Positions 8,323 to 17,266 of a stretch of 32,000 bases of DNA are shown in pieces; position 1 is the stretch's first letter, and every line of letters starts with the position of its first letter. The translations under genes and the position numbers were made by a program. The notes beneath the pieces were generated by a model. It did not search any database and was not told the DNA's origin. It saw only the letters and a list, made by a program, of their open reading frames with translations. Origin of the DNA: Candidatus Hermodarchaeota archaeon (lineage in GTDB: Archaea; Asgardarchaeota; Heimdallarchaeia; Hodarchaeales; Hodarchaeaceae); contig JBHLKY010000007.1 of the NCBI GenBank assembly GCA_048886185.1, positions 60,001 to 92,000 of the forward strand. The letters run 5' to 3'.

Positions 8323-9660
8323 TTGGAGAAAATAATTTTGATTGAAAGTAATAAGGCATCAATAGAGAATAGAAACCATATTGAACTAAAATACAATCTT
8401 CGGGGATACATTTTTTTTTGGATTGGACAACTAATTTCTTTATTGGGATCAAGTGTTGTTCAATTTTCTATTATTTGGTGGATCACCGTTGAAACTGGGA
8501 GTGAATTCATCTTAGCTTTATCAACATTCTTAGGTTTTGGGCCTACAATGCTTATTACTCCGATAGCTGGTGTTTTTGTCGATAGATGGTCACGAAAGAA
8601 ATTAATAGCTACTGTAGATTTTTTCCAAGCAATAGCAACAGTTGGTTTAATTCTTACCTTTATAATTGGAATTGCAGACATATGGTTTGTTTTAGCAATA
8701 ATAACTTTAAGAGGCGTTTTTCAAGCGTTTCATGCCCCAGCTGTCCAGGCAATTATCCCTTTATTAGTACCTAAGGATAAATTAAGTCGAATGAACGGGA
8801 TAGATTATTTGTTCAATGGCGTAATTCTAATGGTAGGGCCTCTTGTTGGTGCACTACTACTAAATTATTTTATACTTCAAGAAGTTTTGTGGTTGGACGC
8901 TATTACCTTCATGATTGCTATAATTCCCACTATTTTTATTTCTATTCCTTCTATTAAAACATCAACTTTAATAAAAGAAAAGACACCTTTCTTTAATGAG
9001 ATATCTGAAGGATTTAGTTTTATCAAGAATCAACAAGGTTTATTAGCCTTATTGGCTGTTTTTACTGCAGCTAACTTTTTTATGCGCCCCCTCTACGTTT
9101 TATTACCCCTTTTTGTAAAGGATTTTCATCTTGGTGGGCCAGAGGAATTAGCACTGCTTTTTGCAGGAGCACAAGCAGGGATTATTGGTGCTTCAATGAT
9201 CATGTCATCTTGGAAAGGATTCGAGAATAATGCCTATGGAGTAGCTTTAGGTATTTTCATAATGTATTTCGGGTTTGTTATCTGTAGTATAACACCCCAA
9301 GGGGTATATCCTTTACTTATTCTTGGAATATTCTTAAACGGGTTTGGTCTTCCAATTGCAAATGTGTCTTCTCAAACTATTTGGCAAAAAATTGTTCCAC
9401 CAGAGAAATTAGGTCGTGTATATTCAGTACGTTTGACTATTGCACAAGGATCTGGGCCAATAGCCATCATTCTTTCAGGAATTCTTGGGGAGCTACTCGG
9501 AATTACTCCAGTCTTGGTTACTGCAAGCTTGTTTGGAATGGTATTTTTAGGCTATTCGTGGTTTTTTACAAGGTTCCGATATGTTGAGAAAACAGTTACA
9601 ACTATTGAAGCGGTTTCTGGTTTCCCTGTTCCTGATGAACCACTTCCCATATCAGATTAA
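8323..9660 (+). CDS. MFS efflux transporter, DHA3/MefA-like
   Basis: FFWIGQLISLLGSSVVQFSIIWWITVETGS, AGVFVDRWSRKK, PAVQAIIPLLVP and IWQKIVPPEKLGRV; about 12 TM segments. Confidence 0.9.
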   Translation: MEKIILIESNKASIENRNHIELKYNLRGYIFFWIGQLISLLGSSVVQFSIIWWITVETGSEFILALSTFLGFGPTMLITPIAGVFVDRWSRKKLIATVDFFQAIATVGLILTFIIGIADIWFVLAIITLRGVFQAFHAPAVQAIIPLLVPKDKLSRMNGIDYLFNGVILMVGPLVGALLLNYFILQEVLWLDAITFMIAIIPTIFISIPSIKTSTLIKEKTPFFNEISEGFSFIKNQQGLLALLAVFTAANFFMRPLYVLLPLFVKDFHLGGPEELALLFAGAQAGIIGASMIMSSWKGFENNAYGVALGIFIMYFGFVICSITPQGVYPLLILGIFLNGFGLPIANVSSQTIWQKIVPPEKLGRVYSVRLTIAQGSGPIAIILSGILGELLGITPVLVTASLFGMVFLGYSWFFTRFRYVEKTVTTIEAVSGFPVPDEPLPISD

Positions 9661-9851
9661 AATTTGATGCGAATAATATAAGAATAGTAATCATCCCTTT
9701 AAGGATCATTTTTACAGAGTAGTAATGAATACTAAAAGGATTTGATAGAAGAAATTGGGGAGAAAAACACAATTTTTTAAATCACACCCCTTCCAAGGAA
9801 ATTACGGGATTATTCATAAAAGAATACATTCCAAATTGAGGAAATGTCAAA

Positions 9852-10325
9852 ATGTCACGAAGAGTTTATGTTAAAGGAAAGAGGACATACGCAAAGGGCC
9901 AAGCCCCTGATTTATCAAAATCTAATCGTTTTCAAAACATTATCAGCCTCATGTCTATCCGAGTAGAAAATGTTCATGAAGCTAGTCCAATTGATAGAAT
10001 AGGAGAATATTATTTTGAGGTTGGAGGTAAAGGAGCCTTAAAACATGATTATCGGGTTCCCCATCAAGGAACGATTAATATAAAAGAGAATATGACCTAT
10101 AGCACAAAACAGGACTTTACACTATGGCTTGAATTCGATGAGTCTGATGAAGCAAAAACAAAACAGATTCCAATTAAACTTAAAGAACGAGATGCTACTA
10201 GAGACGATGTTGTTATTAAATCCGAGATTCCAATAGTTTATGGAAGTGGGACTAAATACGAGGTCTTAAAGGGAGAAGGCATAGCTGTGAAGATCAAAGT
10301 CAGTTCACATAAAACTCGCTTTTAA
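9852..10325 (+). CDS. Hypothetical beta-rich protein, possibly C2-domain-like
   Basis: 157-aa ORF with an alternating beta-strand pattern and acidic loops (PIDRIGEYY; IKLKERDATRDD). Confidence 0.7.
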   Translation: MSRRVYVKGKRTYAKGQAPDLSKSNRFQNIISLMSIRVENVHEASPIDRIGEYYFEVGGKGALKHDYRVPHQGTINIKENMTYSTKQDFTLWLEFDESDEAKTKQIPIKLKERDATRDDVVIKSEIPIVYGSGTKYEVLKGEGIAVKIKVSSHKTRF

Positions 10326-10370
10326 AAGTAGCAAATACCATTCTTTAGTAAAAATGGTGGTGCGTAAAAT

Positions 10371-10943
10371 ATGTCTAAGGATGAAAGATCAAGAAAATCT
10401 CGTAAATTTTTAGATAAAATTAAAGAATCTGGAAAAGATTTTGTTGATGGCGTAAAAGAAGAAATCCAGACGGCTCAAACTACTACAAAAGCAAAGGCAA
10501 AGGAATATTCTACTCAAAAAACACAAGAAATAAGAACAACCGTCAAAAAAAGAGCAGCTGATACTAGTACTGCCGAAGAAATATATTTTTCTACCTGGGC
10601 TTGGTTCTGGGCAATGATTTTCAGCTTTTTTGTCTGCCTTTCAATATTCATGTTCAGTATTGTCAATCCACGCTTCATCTTGGTAGGATTTTTAGCACTA
10701 ATTGCCCTTCCCTTTATAACCGTCTGGTGCCTAATACATATGGTTCCTACAATTAAGATCTTTGGATTCACAATTTTTGATAGACGTAGATTGTCATTAC
10801 GCCGACAGTTGAGTTTAGGTAAAGAAATTGCACGTTTGTTTTCCCGTGAATTCTTACAGGAATCTCCTATCATAGCATTTTTCATTTTTGCATTTCTCGT
10901 TATATTTCTCTTATCACTTCTCTTTGCGTTTATCTCTGCTTGA
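10371..10943 (+). CDS. Hypothetical membrane protein (charged N-terminus, long hydrophobic hairpin, C-terminal TM helix)
   Basis: Hydropathy pattern of the translation; 45 bp downstream of the previous ORF and on the same strand. Confidence 0.75.
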   Translation: MSKDERSRKSRKFLDKIKESGKDFVDGVKEEIQTAQTTTKAKAKEYSTQKTQEIRTTVKKRAADTSTAEEIYFSTWAWFWAMIFSFFVCLSIFMFSIVNPRFILVGFLALIALPFITVWCLIHMVPTIKIFGFTIFDRRRLSLRRQLSLGKEIARLFSREFLQESPIIAFFIFAFLVIFLLSLLFAFISA

Positions 10944-10958
10944 ATCTGATCATCTTGA

Positions 10959-11936
10959 ATGAATTATGGGTCCATTTCAATGGAAGTATTCAAAGTATCA
11001 AATATGGAGCCACCCCTCCCTTCAACGAACTTTGTATATAAGAAAGGATCTTTAGCACGGTTGGGTGAGACATTAAAAGAAAATAGTAGAAAACAAAATA
11101 GTTCTTTTAAGCAAAATACCAATTTTTTCTTGGACTCCAATCTCCTAACTCAGTTGAGTATTAATGATTTTCAAATTCTCTCACAGAATGGTTTAATTGA
11201 ACTCACAAAAAAGGGGTATATCTGGAATTTCATGCCAGTATTTAGCGATAATCTCCTATTTTATTGTGATTTACCAAAATTCAAGACATTTAATAACTAT
11301 GTTTGGCTTTCAGATAAATTCAGTGGAGGAAGTTGGACTTTTGCTCGGTCTTTACCTGTGAATAAGGGAGATCGTGTTTTAGATCTAGGTACTGGGACTG
11401 GTTTACTAGCGTTGATGTCCAGATTAAAAAAAGGAACGGTTTATGGAGTGGATATAAACCCTCGAGCTGTTCAGCTAGCTCAATTTAATCGAGATTTAAA
11501 TGGTTTAAATTCAGTTGAATTTCAGGTACGTAATTGGAATTCTGTAGATAAATATCACTTTGACATTGTTGTTTCACAACCCCCATTCGGTTTTTCATTG
11601 GGTCAGTTAGGTTTAGCCTTCAATGGTGGAGGAGACACTGGACTAGAAGCTACGAAAGATATAATTAGGCGCTTCTGTCCTCAGGATGATCAGATTCTCT
11701 GTCTTTTCGTACACGCTTTGGAAAATGATACACATTCTCGTTTTTTACACCTATTACAGGAGTGGATCGATGATAAATCTGTTCTAATAGATCTTCAGCC
11801 ACAAAACAGCTACTCAAGCAGAATATGGTGGGAAAGATTATTAAAAAAGCAGTGTTTAAATCCCTCCTATCCTTTCCCTTCCGAGTTTCAGTCTTATAAG
11901 GAAGTAGTTTCTTATTTTGTATATTTATCAAGGTAA
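10959..11936 (+). CDS. Class I SAM-dependent methyltransferase, HemK/MTS-like, with N-terminal extension
   Basis: VLDLGTGTGLLAL, VYGVDINPRAV, DIVVSQPPF (variant of NPPF/Y) and GGGDTGL. The start may be the ATG at 10980. Confidence 0.88.
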   Translation: MNYGSISMEVFKVSNMEPPLPSTNFVYKKGSLARLGETLKENSRKQNSSFKQNTNFFLDSNLLTQLSINDFQILSQNGLIELTKKGYIWNFMPVFSDNLLFYCDLPKFKTFNNYVWLSDKFSGGSWTFARSLPVNKGDRVLDLGTGTGLLALMSRLKKGTVYGVDINPRAVQLAQFNRDLNGLNSVEFQVRNWNSVDKYHFDIVVSQPPFGFSLGQLGLAFNGGGDTGLEATKDIIRRFCPQDDQILCLFVHALENDTHSRFLHLLQEWIDDKSVLIDLQPQNSYSSRIWWERLLKKQCLNPSYPFPSEFQSYKEVVSYFVYLSR

Positions 11937-11996
11937 TATTCATTAAATGTATAGATAACAACAGATACAAATAAAGACCGATGAAATTTTTTTGAA

Positions 11997-12620
11997 GTGA
12001 TTAAGTTGCAGCCATTTGATTTATTTCCTTCTTTAATCCAAAAAAATCTGATTAGGCTAGAGAAACGAGACAGAAAAGAGCGTGAAGAAGGTTTGGATCG
12101 TCTACACAGACTTAGACAGATTCCTCGTGAGACTGGTGAATTTCTCTTTCAGTTTCTAATAACATTCATCCCCCAATTCCCAGAGTTTTGGGGACTCGAA
12201 ATAGGAACATCAGGAGGGTATTCCACATTATGGCAAGGGATGGCTTTAGTAAACTGTGGTCAGGGAAATCTAATTTCTTTAGATCACGACCCTAAAAAGT
12301 TTCAACTAGCATCTGCAAATATTGCATCAACAGAGGTTGATAAATATGTCACTTTGGTTCATGAAGACGCACGAAAGTATCTTAAAACATCCCAAAACAG
12401 ATTTAATTACGTTTTCATGGACTGTGAAAAGGAGGATTACCTCTGCTTCTTTAATCTTCTTGTTAGTCGGTTGAAACTTGGGACAGTGTTAATCGCTGAC
12501 AATGTAGTTAGTCACGCGGATGATATGGAAGAATTTCTTAACCAAATCAAAATTGATACACGAATATCAAGTGCGATATTGCCAATTGGGAGAGGTTTGG
12601 CTTTAATTCGATGGATTTAA
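11997..12620 (+). CDS. SAM-dependent O-methyltransferase (caffeoyl-CoA OMT / YrrM-like family)
   Basis: LEIGTSGGYSTLW, VFMDCEKEDY, ADNVVSH and LPIGRGL. Confidence 0.9.
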   Translation: MIKLQPFDLFPSLIQKNLIRLEKRDRKEREEGLDRLHRLRQIPRETGEFLFQFLITFIPQFPEFWGLEIGTSGGYSTLWQGMALVNCGQGNLISLDHDPKKFQLASANIASTEVDKYVTLVHEDARKYLKTSQNRFNYVFMDCEKEDYLCFFNLLVSRLKLGTVLIADNVVSHADDMEEFLNQIKIDTRISSAILPIGRGLALIRWI

Positions 12621-12706
12621 CGTTTATTCAAGAGTGGGTGTAAATTCATGGGATTACGCAGCATTTTATTAATTTTGTGCTTAGTGATACCCAAAAATGT
12701 GATTAT

Positions 12707-13567
12707 TCAGAGTACATTATGCCTACTTTCAGTTTTTTCTTGTTTAGCTAACGCTTTCTGAAATCTTCTACCTCCACGGATCATCTTTAATATGGAGAAA
12801 CCCCTGAAAACCTTACCATTTACATTACAACTAGGTAATCCATAAAGGATAACTTTCTTACAACTATCTTCGATATTTGTGCCAATATATTTCATAGCTA
12901 AAGATCTATCAGATTGGAAAATTTCTGGTGTTTTCCACCCTTCTATCACCTTAACATTTGTGTGTAAATTTGTTTGAATCATCCCTGGTTGAAAAATGTT
13001 AATTTTTATGTCATCTTCTCTTTCTTTTAATTCAGTTGCTAAACATTTGGAAAAAGCAATTACCCCACCTTTTGTTGCGGAATAAAGCGTCATATAGGGG
13101 ACAGGCCGATCGCCCCCTCCACCTCCTAAAACTATTATTCTTCCATATCCCTGATTAATCATGTAAGGTAATATAGTAGAAACTGAGTTTATTACTCCAA
13201 TTAAATTGGTTGCAAGCATCACCTGAATATCAGAAACTATTTCTTCCGGATTGTTAATCATGTGTTCAAATGGACCATAAGATAAATTTATTCCAGCATT
13301 TGCCACGAGAATACGAATGGATCCAAAATTATTGATAGTTTGTTCTACCACTTTCTTCATCGATGTGACATCAGAAACATCACACACACTACCAAATACT
13401 GAGTCACCATATACTTCCTGAAACTTGTTAACGGTTTTGTTCACATTTTGTTCAATTCGTGAGCAAATGGTTACTTTACATCCTTCTTTTAGAAATAGTT
13501 CAGAGATTTTTCTCCCAATACCGCTTGTTGAACCTGTTACAATAGCTGTTTCTCCTTTCATTCTCAT
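12707..13567 (-). CDS. Short-chain dehydrogenase/reductase (classical SDR)
   Basis: TGSTSGIG nucleotide-binding motif, LVANAG, catalytic YSATK and FQPGMIQT. Confidence 0.93.
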   Translation of the reverse strand: MRMKGETAIVTGSTSGIGRKISELFLKEGCKVTICSRIEQNVNKTVNKFQEVYGDSVFGSVCDVSDVTSMKKVVEQTINNFGSIRILVANAGINLSYGPFEHMINNPEEIVSDIQVMLATNLIGVINSVSTILPYMINQGYGRIIVLGGGGGDRPVPYMTLYSATKGGVIAFSKCLATELKEREDDIKINIFQPGMIQTNLHTNVKVIEGWKTPEIFQSDRSLAMKYIGTNIEDSCKKVILYGLPSCNVNGKVFRGFSILKMIRGGRRFQKALAKQEKTESRHNVL

Positions 13568-13666
13568 TAGATAAGTCTCCTGTTATATGAGATGGTTATT
13601 CTTTGGATAAACATCTAACAAAATGTTTTTCCTAAATCATTATGTGCAAAATACTGATATGATTTC

Positions 13667-13685
13667 ATTTAAGGAGTCCTTAAAT
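13667..13685 (+). promoter_or_regulatory. Perfect inverted repeat covering the ribosome-binding site of Mo-hydroxylase operon 1
   Basis: ATTTAAGGA-G-TCCTTAAAT (9-1-9). It contains AGGAG at 13672-13676 and ends on the first base of the TTG start. Confidence 0.45.
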
Positions 13686-15991
13686 TGACAGTAGGCAAAC
13701 CTCTTATCCGAAAGGATGCATGTGTCAAGGTGAGGGGAGAAGCGCGATATATTTTTGATCTGAGTTTCCCTGATGAACATTATCTTGCAGTTGTACGCAG
13801 TCCTTATGCTCATGCTCGAGTAAGAAAAATAACAATAGACAGTGATAAGATAGGAGGCGTCACAGTTGGAACAGCGAAGGATATCCCTGGAAAAAATATT
13901 GTTCATGTTGTTCAAGATGATTGGCCTTTATTAGCTGAAAATGTGGTTCGTCATGTTGGTGAACCAGTAGCAATCGTAATCGCTAAGACTCAAGAAAAAG
14001 CGTACACTGCCGCTTCCGCAGTTAATGTTGAGTATGAAAAACTCCCAGCATTATTTACTCCTGATGAGGCTAAAGACCATCCGAGTATTCATATCCATGG
14101 AGACAATAATATCATATCTTATTGGCAACAAAAAAAGGGAGACGTGAATAAAGGACTTAAAGAATCAGATATCATTGTTGAAGGAGAATATCGAACACCA
14201 GCACAAGAACACGCATATATTGAACCTCAAGGGTGTATTGCTGTTCCCTTGGGACATGATGAGATGACTGTATACGGTTCAATGCAATGTCCCTTTTATG
14301 TTCAACGGGCAGTATCTGATGTACTTGGTTATCCTTGGTCGAAGGTAACAATAATCCAAACTACCACTGGGGGAGCCTTCGGTGGGAAAGAGGATCAACC
14401 AAATCAGCTTGCTAGTCTTGTTGCTCTGGGCGCCTATCTTACTAGAAAACCTGTCAAATATGTATTATCTCGAGAAGAAGATATCGAAAATACTTCAAAA
14501 CGTCATCCTGCAGTTATTCGGGTGAAAACGGGTGCATCCAAAGAAGGTGTACTGACAGCAGTTCAGGTGGAGCATCTTATGAATTCAGGGGCATATGCAA
14601 CTTTAACACCAGCTGTTCTTTATCGTGGATGTTTGCATGCTGTTGGCCCTTACCGTTGTCCAAATGTTGATGTCCAATCTTATGCTATTGCTACGAATCT
14701 TGTTCCATTTGGAGCTTTTAGAGGATTTGGATCCCCTCAAGTCCTCTTTGCCTGTGAGGAGCAGATGGATAGAATCGCTGCACAATTGGGTTTAGATCCT
14801 ACTGCGTTTCGTGAGAAAAATCTTCTGAAAAAAGGTGATACCACTTCATTTGGGCAAACACTGAATCAATCGGTTGGAATGTTAGAAACATTGAAACAGG
14901 CCAAGGAGAAAAGCAATTGGAAGGAAAAATGGAAACCAGCACCTAATTTTACTGATGTAATGGAAGAATCTAAGAGGGGGAAATATTTAAGGAATGGAAT
15001 CGGTGTTTCTACAATTTTTTATGGAGTAGGTTTAGGTTCAGCAGGAAAACAGTTATCACGGACAGGAGCATATGTTCAGCTAGAACCTGATGGGAGCGCA
15101 CTGTTTGCAGTTGGAACGACAGAGATAGGTCAAGGAATGATTACGGTTCTTTCACAGATTGTTTCGGAAGAATTAGGATTAGAATATGAGAAAGTCAGGA
15201 TGGCGCCTGTTGATACAAGTCGTGTACCTGATTCAGGGCCTACTGTTGCTTCTCGATCGACGACATTTTCTGGACGAGCATTACAGAATGCATGCCAGCA
15301 TATTAAATCATTAATGTTCCAAATAATTGCCCCACATTTAGACACTAAAGCTTCAAATCTGCAAATAGAGGAGAATTACATTATATCTGTCTCTAGCGGT
15401 AGGAGGATGTTGGTAGAGGACGCTATAAAAATTATGTATGAAGAACGAGAACAAGTAGCATTTGCAGGATGGGATGTAGCTCCACCAACAGATTTTGATA
15501 ATGAAAAAGGCCAAGGAAATCCATATGTCGCATATGCCTGGTGTACAAATATTGCTGAAGTGGAGGTTGATGTACAAACTGGAACTGTTTATGTCAAAAA
15601 TATTTGGGCAGCTCATGACGTAGGGCGAGCTATCAACCCTCAGACTCTCGAAGGTCAGATAGAAGGGGGTTCATTACAGGGAATGGGTTATGGCCGTTAT
15701 GAGGAGATTTTATTTACTCCAACAGGAGAGGTTTTATCAAATAATTTAGGAACATTCCTCGTTCCAACAACAAAAGATACTCCTAAGATTCACCCTATTA
15801 TTGTTGAGGATCCTTGGGATGGAGGTCCTTATGGTGCAAAAGGTTTCGGTGAGCAACCTCTGATGGGGATAGCGCCTGCAATTACAAATGCTATATTCAA
15901 TGCAATCGGTGTAAGAATATCAGAAATCCCTGCTACACCAGAACGAGTTTGGCGGGCCATTCAAGACAAAATTAAGGAGGAGTCACAATGA
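13685..15991 (+). CDS. Xanthine dehydrogenase family, molybdopterin-binding subunit (module 1)
   Basis: HAYIEPQG, TTGGAFGGKE, GAFRGFGSPQ, GTTEIGQG, GPTVASRS, EGQIEGGSLQGMG and AKGFGE. Confidence 0.95.
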   Translation: MTVGKPLIRKDACVKVRGEARYIFDLSFPDEHYLAVVRSPYAHARVRKITIDSDKIGGVTVGTAKDIPGKNIVHVVQDDWPLLAENVVRHVGEPVAIVIAKTQEKAYTAASAVNVEYEKLPALFTPDEAKDHPSIHIHGDNNIISYWQQKKGDVNKGLKESDIIVEGEYRTPAQEHAYIEPQGCIAVPLGHDEMTVYGSMQCPFYVQRAVSDVLGYPWSKVTIIQTTTGGAFGGKEDQPNQLASLVALGAYLTRKPVKYVLSREEDIENTSKRHPAVIRVKTGASKEGVLTAVQVEHLMNSGAYATLTPAVLYRGCLHAVGPYRCPNVDVQSYAIATNLVPFGAFRGFGSPQVLFACEEQMDRIAAQLGLDPTAFREKNLLKKGDTTSFGQTLNQSVGMLETLKQAKEKSNWKEKWKPAPNFTDVMEESKRGKYLRNGIGVSTIFYGVGLGSAGKQLSRTGAYVQLEPDGSALFAVGTTEIGQGMITVLSQIVSEELGLEYEKVRMAPVDTSRVPDSGPTVASRSTTFSGRALQNACQHIKSLMFQIIAPHLDTKASNLQIEENYIISVSSGRRMLVEDAIKIMYEEREQVAFAGWDVAPPTDFDNEKGQGNPYVAYAWCTNIAEVEVDVQTGTVYVKNIWAAHDVGRAINPQTLEGQIEGGSLQGMGYGRYEEILFTPTGEVLSNNLGTFLVPTTKDTPKIHPIIVEDPWDGGPYGAKGFGEQPLMGIAPAITNAIFNAIGVRISEIPATPERVWRAIQDKIKEESQ

Positions 15992-16449
15992 TTATTGAAA
16001 TCTTTGTCAATGGAGAACTCTACAAAGAAAAAACTTCTCCTGATCAAAGACTTCTTGATTTCTTACGTGATGATTTGGGGCTGAAAGGAACAAAAAAGGG
16101 GTGTGATCAAGGCGAATGTGGCGCCTGTACCGTTATTATGAATGGAAAGATGATCAATTCTTGTTTAGTATTGATGGTTCAAATTCCAAAACGTAGTGAA
16201 ATAGAAACTATTGAGTCCAAGGACTCGCTCGTTTTATCCCTCCAAGATTCGTTCATGGAAAGTGGAGCAATCCAGTGTGGGGCCTGTACTCCTGGGATGA
16301 TTATGGCATCAGCAGCACTCTTGAAAGAAAAACCCAATGCCGATATTCGTGAAATTCGAGAGGGATTAAGTGGGGTAATTTGTCGTTGTACTGGGTATCA
16401 GAAGATATTCGACGCTATAACAATTACTCAGCAGAGGATGCAGGAGTGA
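15988..16449 (+). CDS. Xanthine dehydrogenase family, 2x[2Fe-2S] subunit (module 1)
   Basis: GTKKGCDQGECGACTV...NSC and QCGACTPG...CRCTGY; ATGA overlap with the upstream gene; AGGAGG at 15975-15980. Confidence 0.95.
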   Translation: MIIEIFVNGELYKEKTSPDQRLLDFLRDDLGLKGTKKGCDQGECGACTVIMNGKMINSCLVLMVQIPKRSEIETIESKDSLVLSLQDSFMESGAIQCGACTPGMIMASAALLKEKPNADIREIREGLSGVICRCTGYQKIFDAITITQQRMQE

Positions 16450-16454
16450 TAAGG

Positions 16455-17258
16455 ATGCGGAATGACTTCATTAATAATTTAGCTAATCAATATCAAAAAG
16501 GAGGGATTTTTGCTCTTGTTACTGTAGTTGATGTTAGAGGGTCAGCTCCTCAACAAGTGGGAGCTAAAATGCTTGTTTCTTCTTTAGGGGAATTAATTTG
16601 GGGAACTGTTGGGGGCGGAGCGATTGAAAAAATTGCTCTTAAGGATGCGCAAGTTCAAATTGAAAAAAAAATATCTCTTTTGAAAGAATATGAATTACAA
16701 GAAGAGGGAGAGAATTCTACAGGTATGCTTTGTGGAGGATCAATGAGTCTTTTTTATGATATACTAGGAGTGAATTCTAAAGCATATATTTTCGGAGGAG
16801 GTCATATTTGCCAAAGATTAGTTCCGCAGTTAGTTACATTAGGTTTTCATACAATAGTTATTGATGATAGGAAAGAATACCTAGAAGAACATTTTAATCA
16901 TTCTAAAGCAGTTGAAACACTCGCAGGTCCATTACCTCAGATTATTGAGACAATAGAATTTGAAGAAGATAGTTACATAATTATCTTGACCTACTCTCAT
17001 GACTTAGATGAAAAAATTCTGAAATATCTCTGTACAAAAAGACGTCAAGAACTAGATACCTGGAAATATATTGGGATGATTGGGAGTAAAAGAAAAGTAA
17101 AAGAGATTTTTTCTCGTTTAAAAACTCAACAAATTGATTCGAATATCTTGACAAAAATTCATGCCCCTATTGGGATACCAATCGGAAGTCAAAACCCCGA
17201 GGAGATCGCAATCTCCATTGCAGCTGAAATTATTAAAGTAAAGAACTTGAAGGAGTAA
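16455..17258 (+). CDS. xdhC: XdhC family Moco sulfuration/insertion chaperone
   Basis: ALVTVVDVRGSAPQ, GTVGGGAIE, GMLCGG, FGGGHI, YIGMIGSKRK and PIGIPIGSQNPEEIAISIAAEII. Start placed at ATG 16455, in frame with the listed 16380 and just after the Fe-S gene stop. Confidence 0.93.
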   Translation: MRNDFINNLANQYQKGGIFALVTVVDVRGSAPQQVGAKMLVSSLGELIWGTVGGGAIEKIALKDAQVQIEKKISLLKEYELQEEGENSTGMLCGGSMSLFYDILGVNSKAYIFGGGHICQRLVPQLVTLGFHTIVIDDRKEYLEEHFNHSKAVETLAGPLPQIIETIEFEEDSYIIILTYSHDLDEKILKYLCTKRRQELDTWKYIGMIGSKRKVKEIFSRLKTQQIDSNILTKIHAPIGIPIGSQNPEEIAISIAAEIIKVKNLKE

Positions 17259-17266
17259 AGACAAAT

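Noticed and set aside
16380-16454. Longer XdhC start from the ORF track
   Set aside because: It overlaps the Fe-S gene by 70 bp and adds non-homologous sequence; ATG 16455 fits better.
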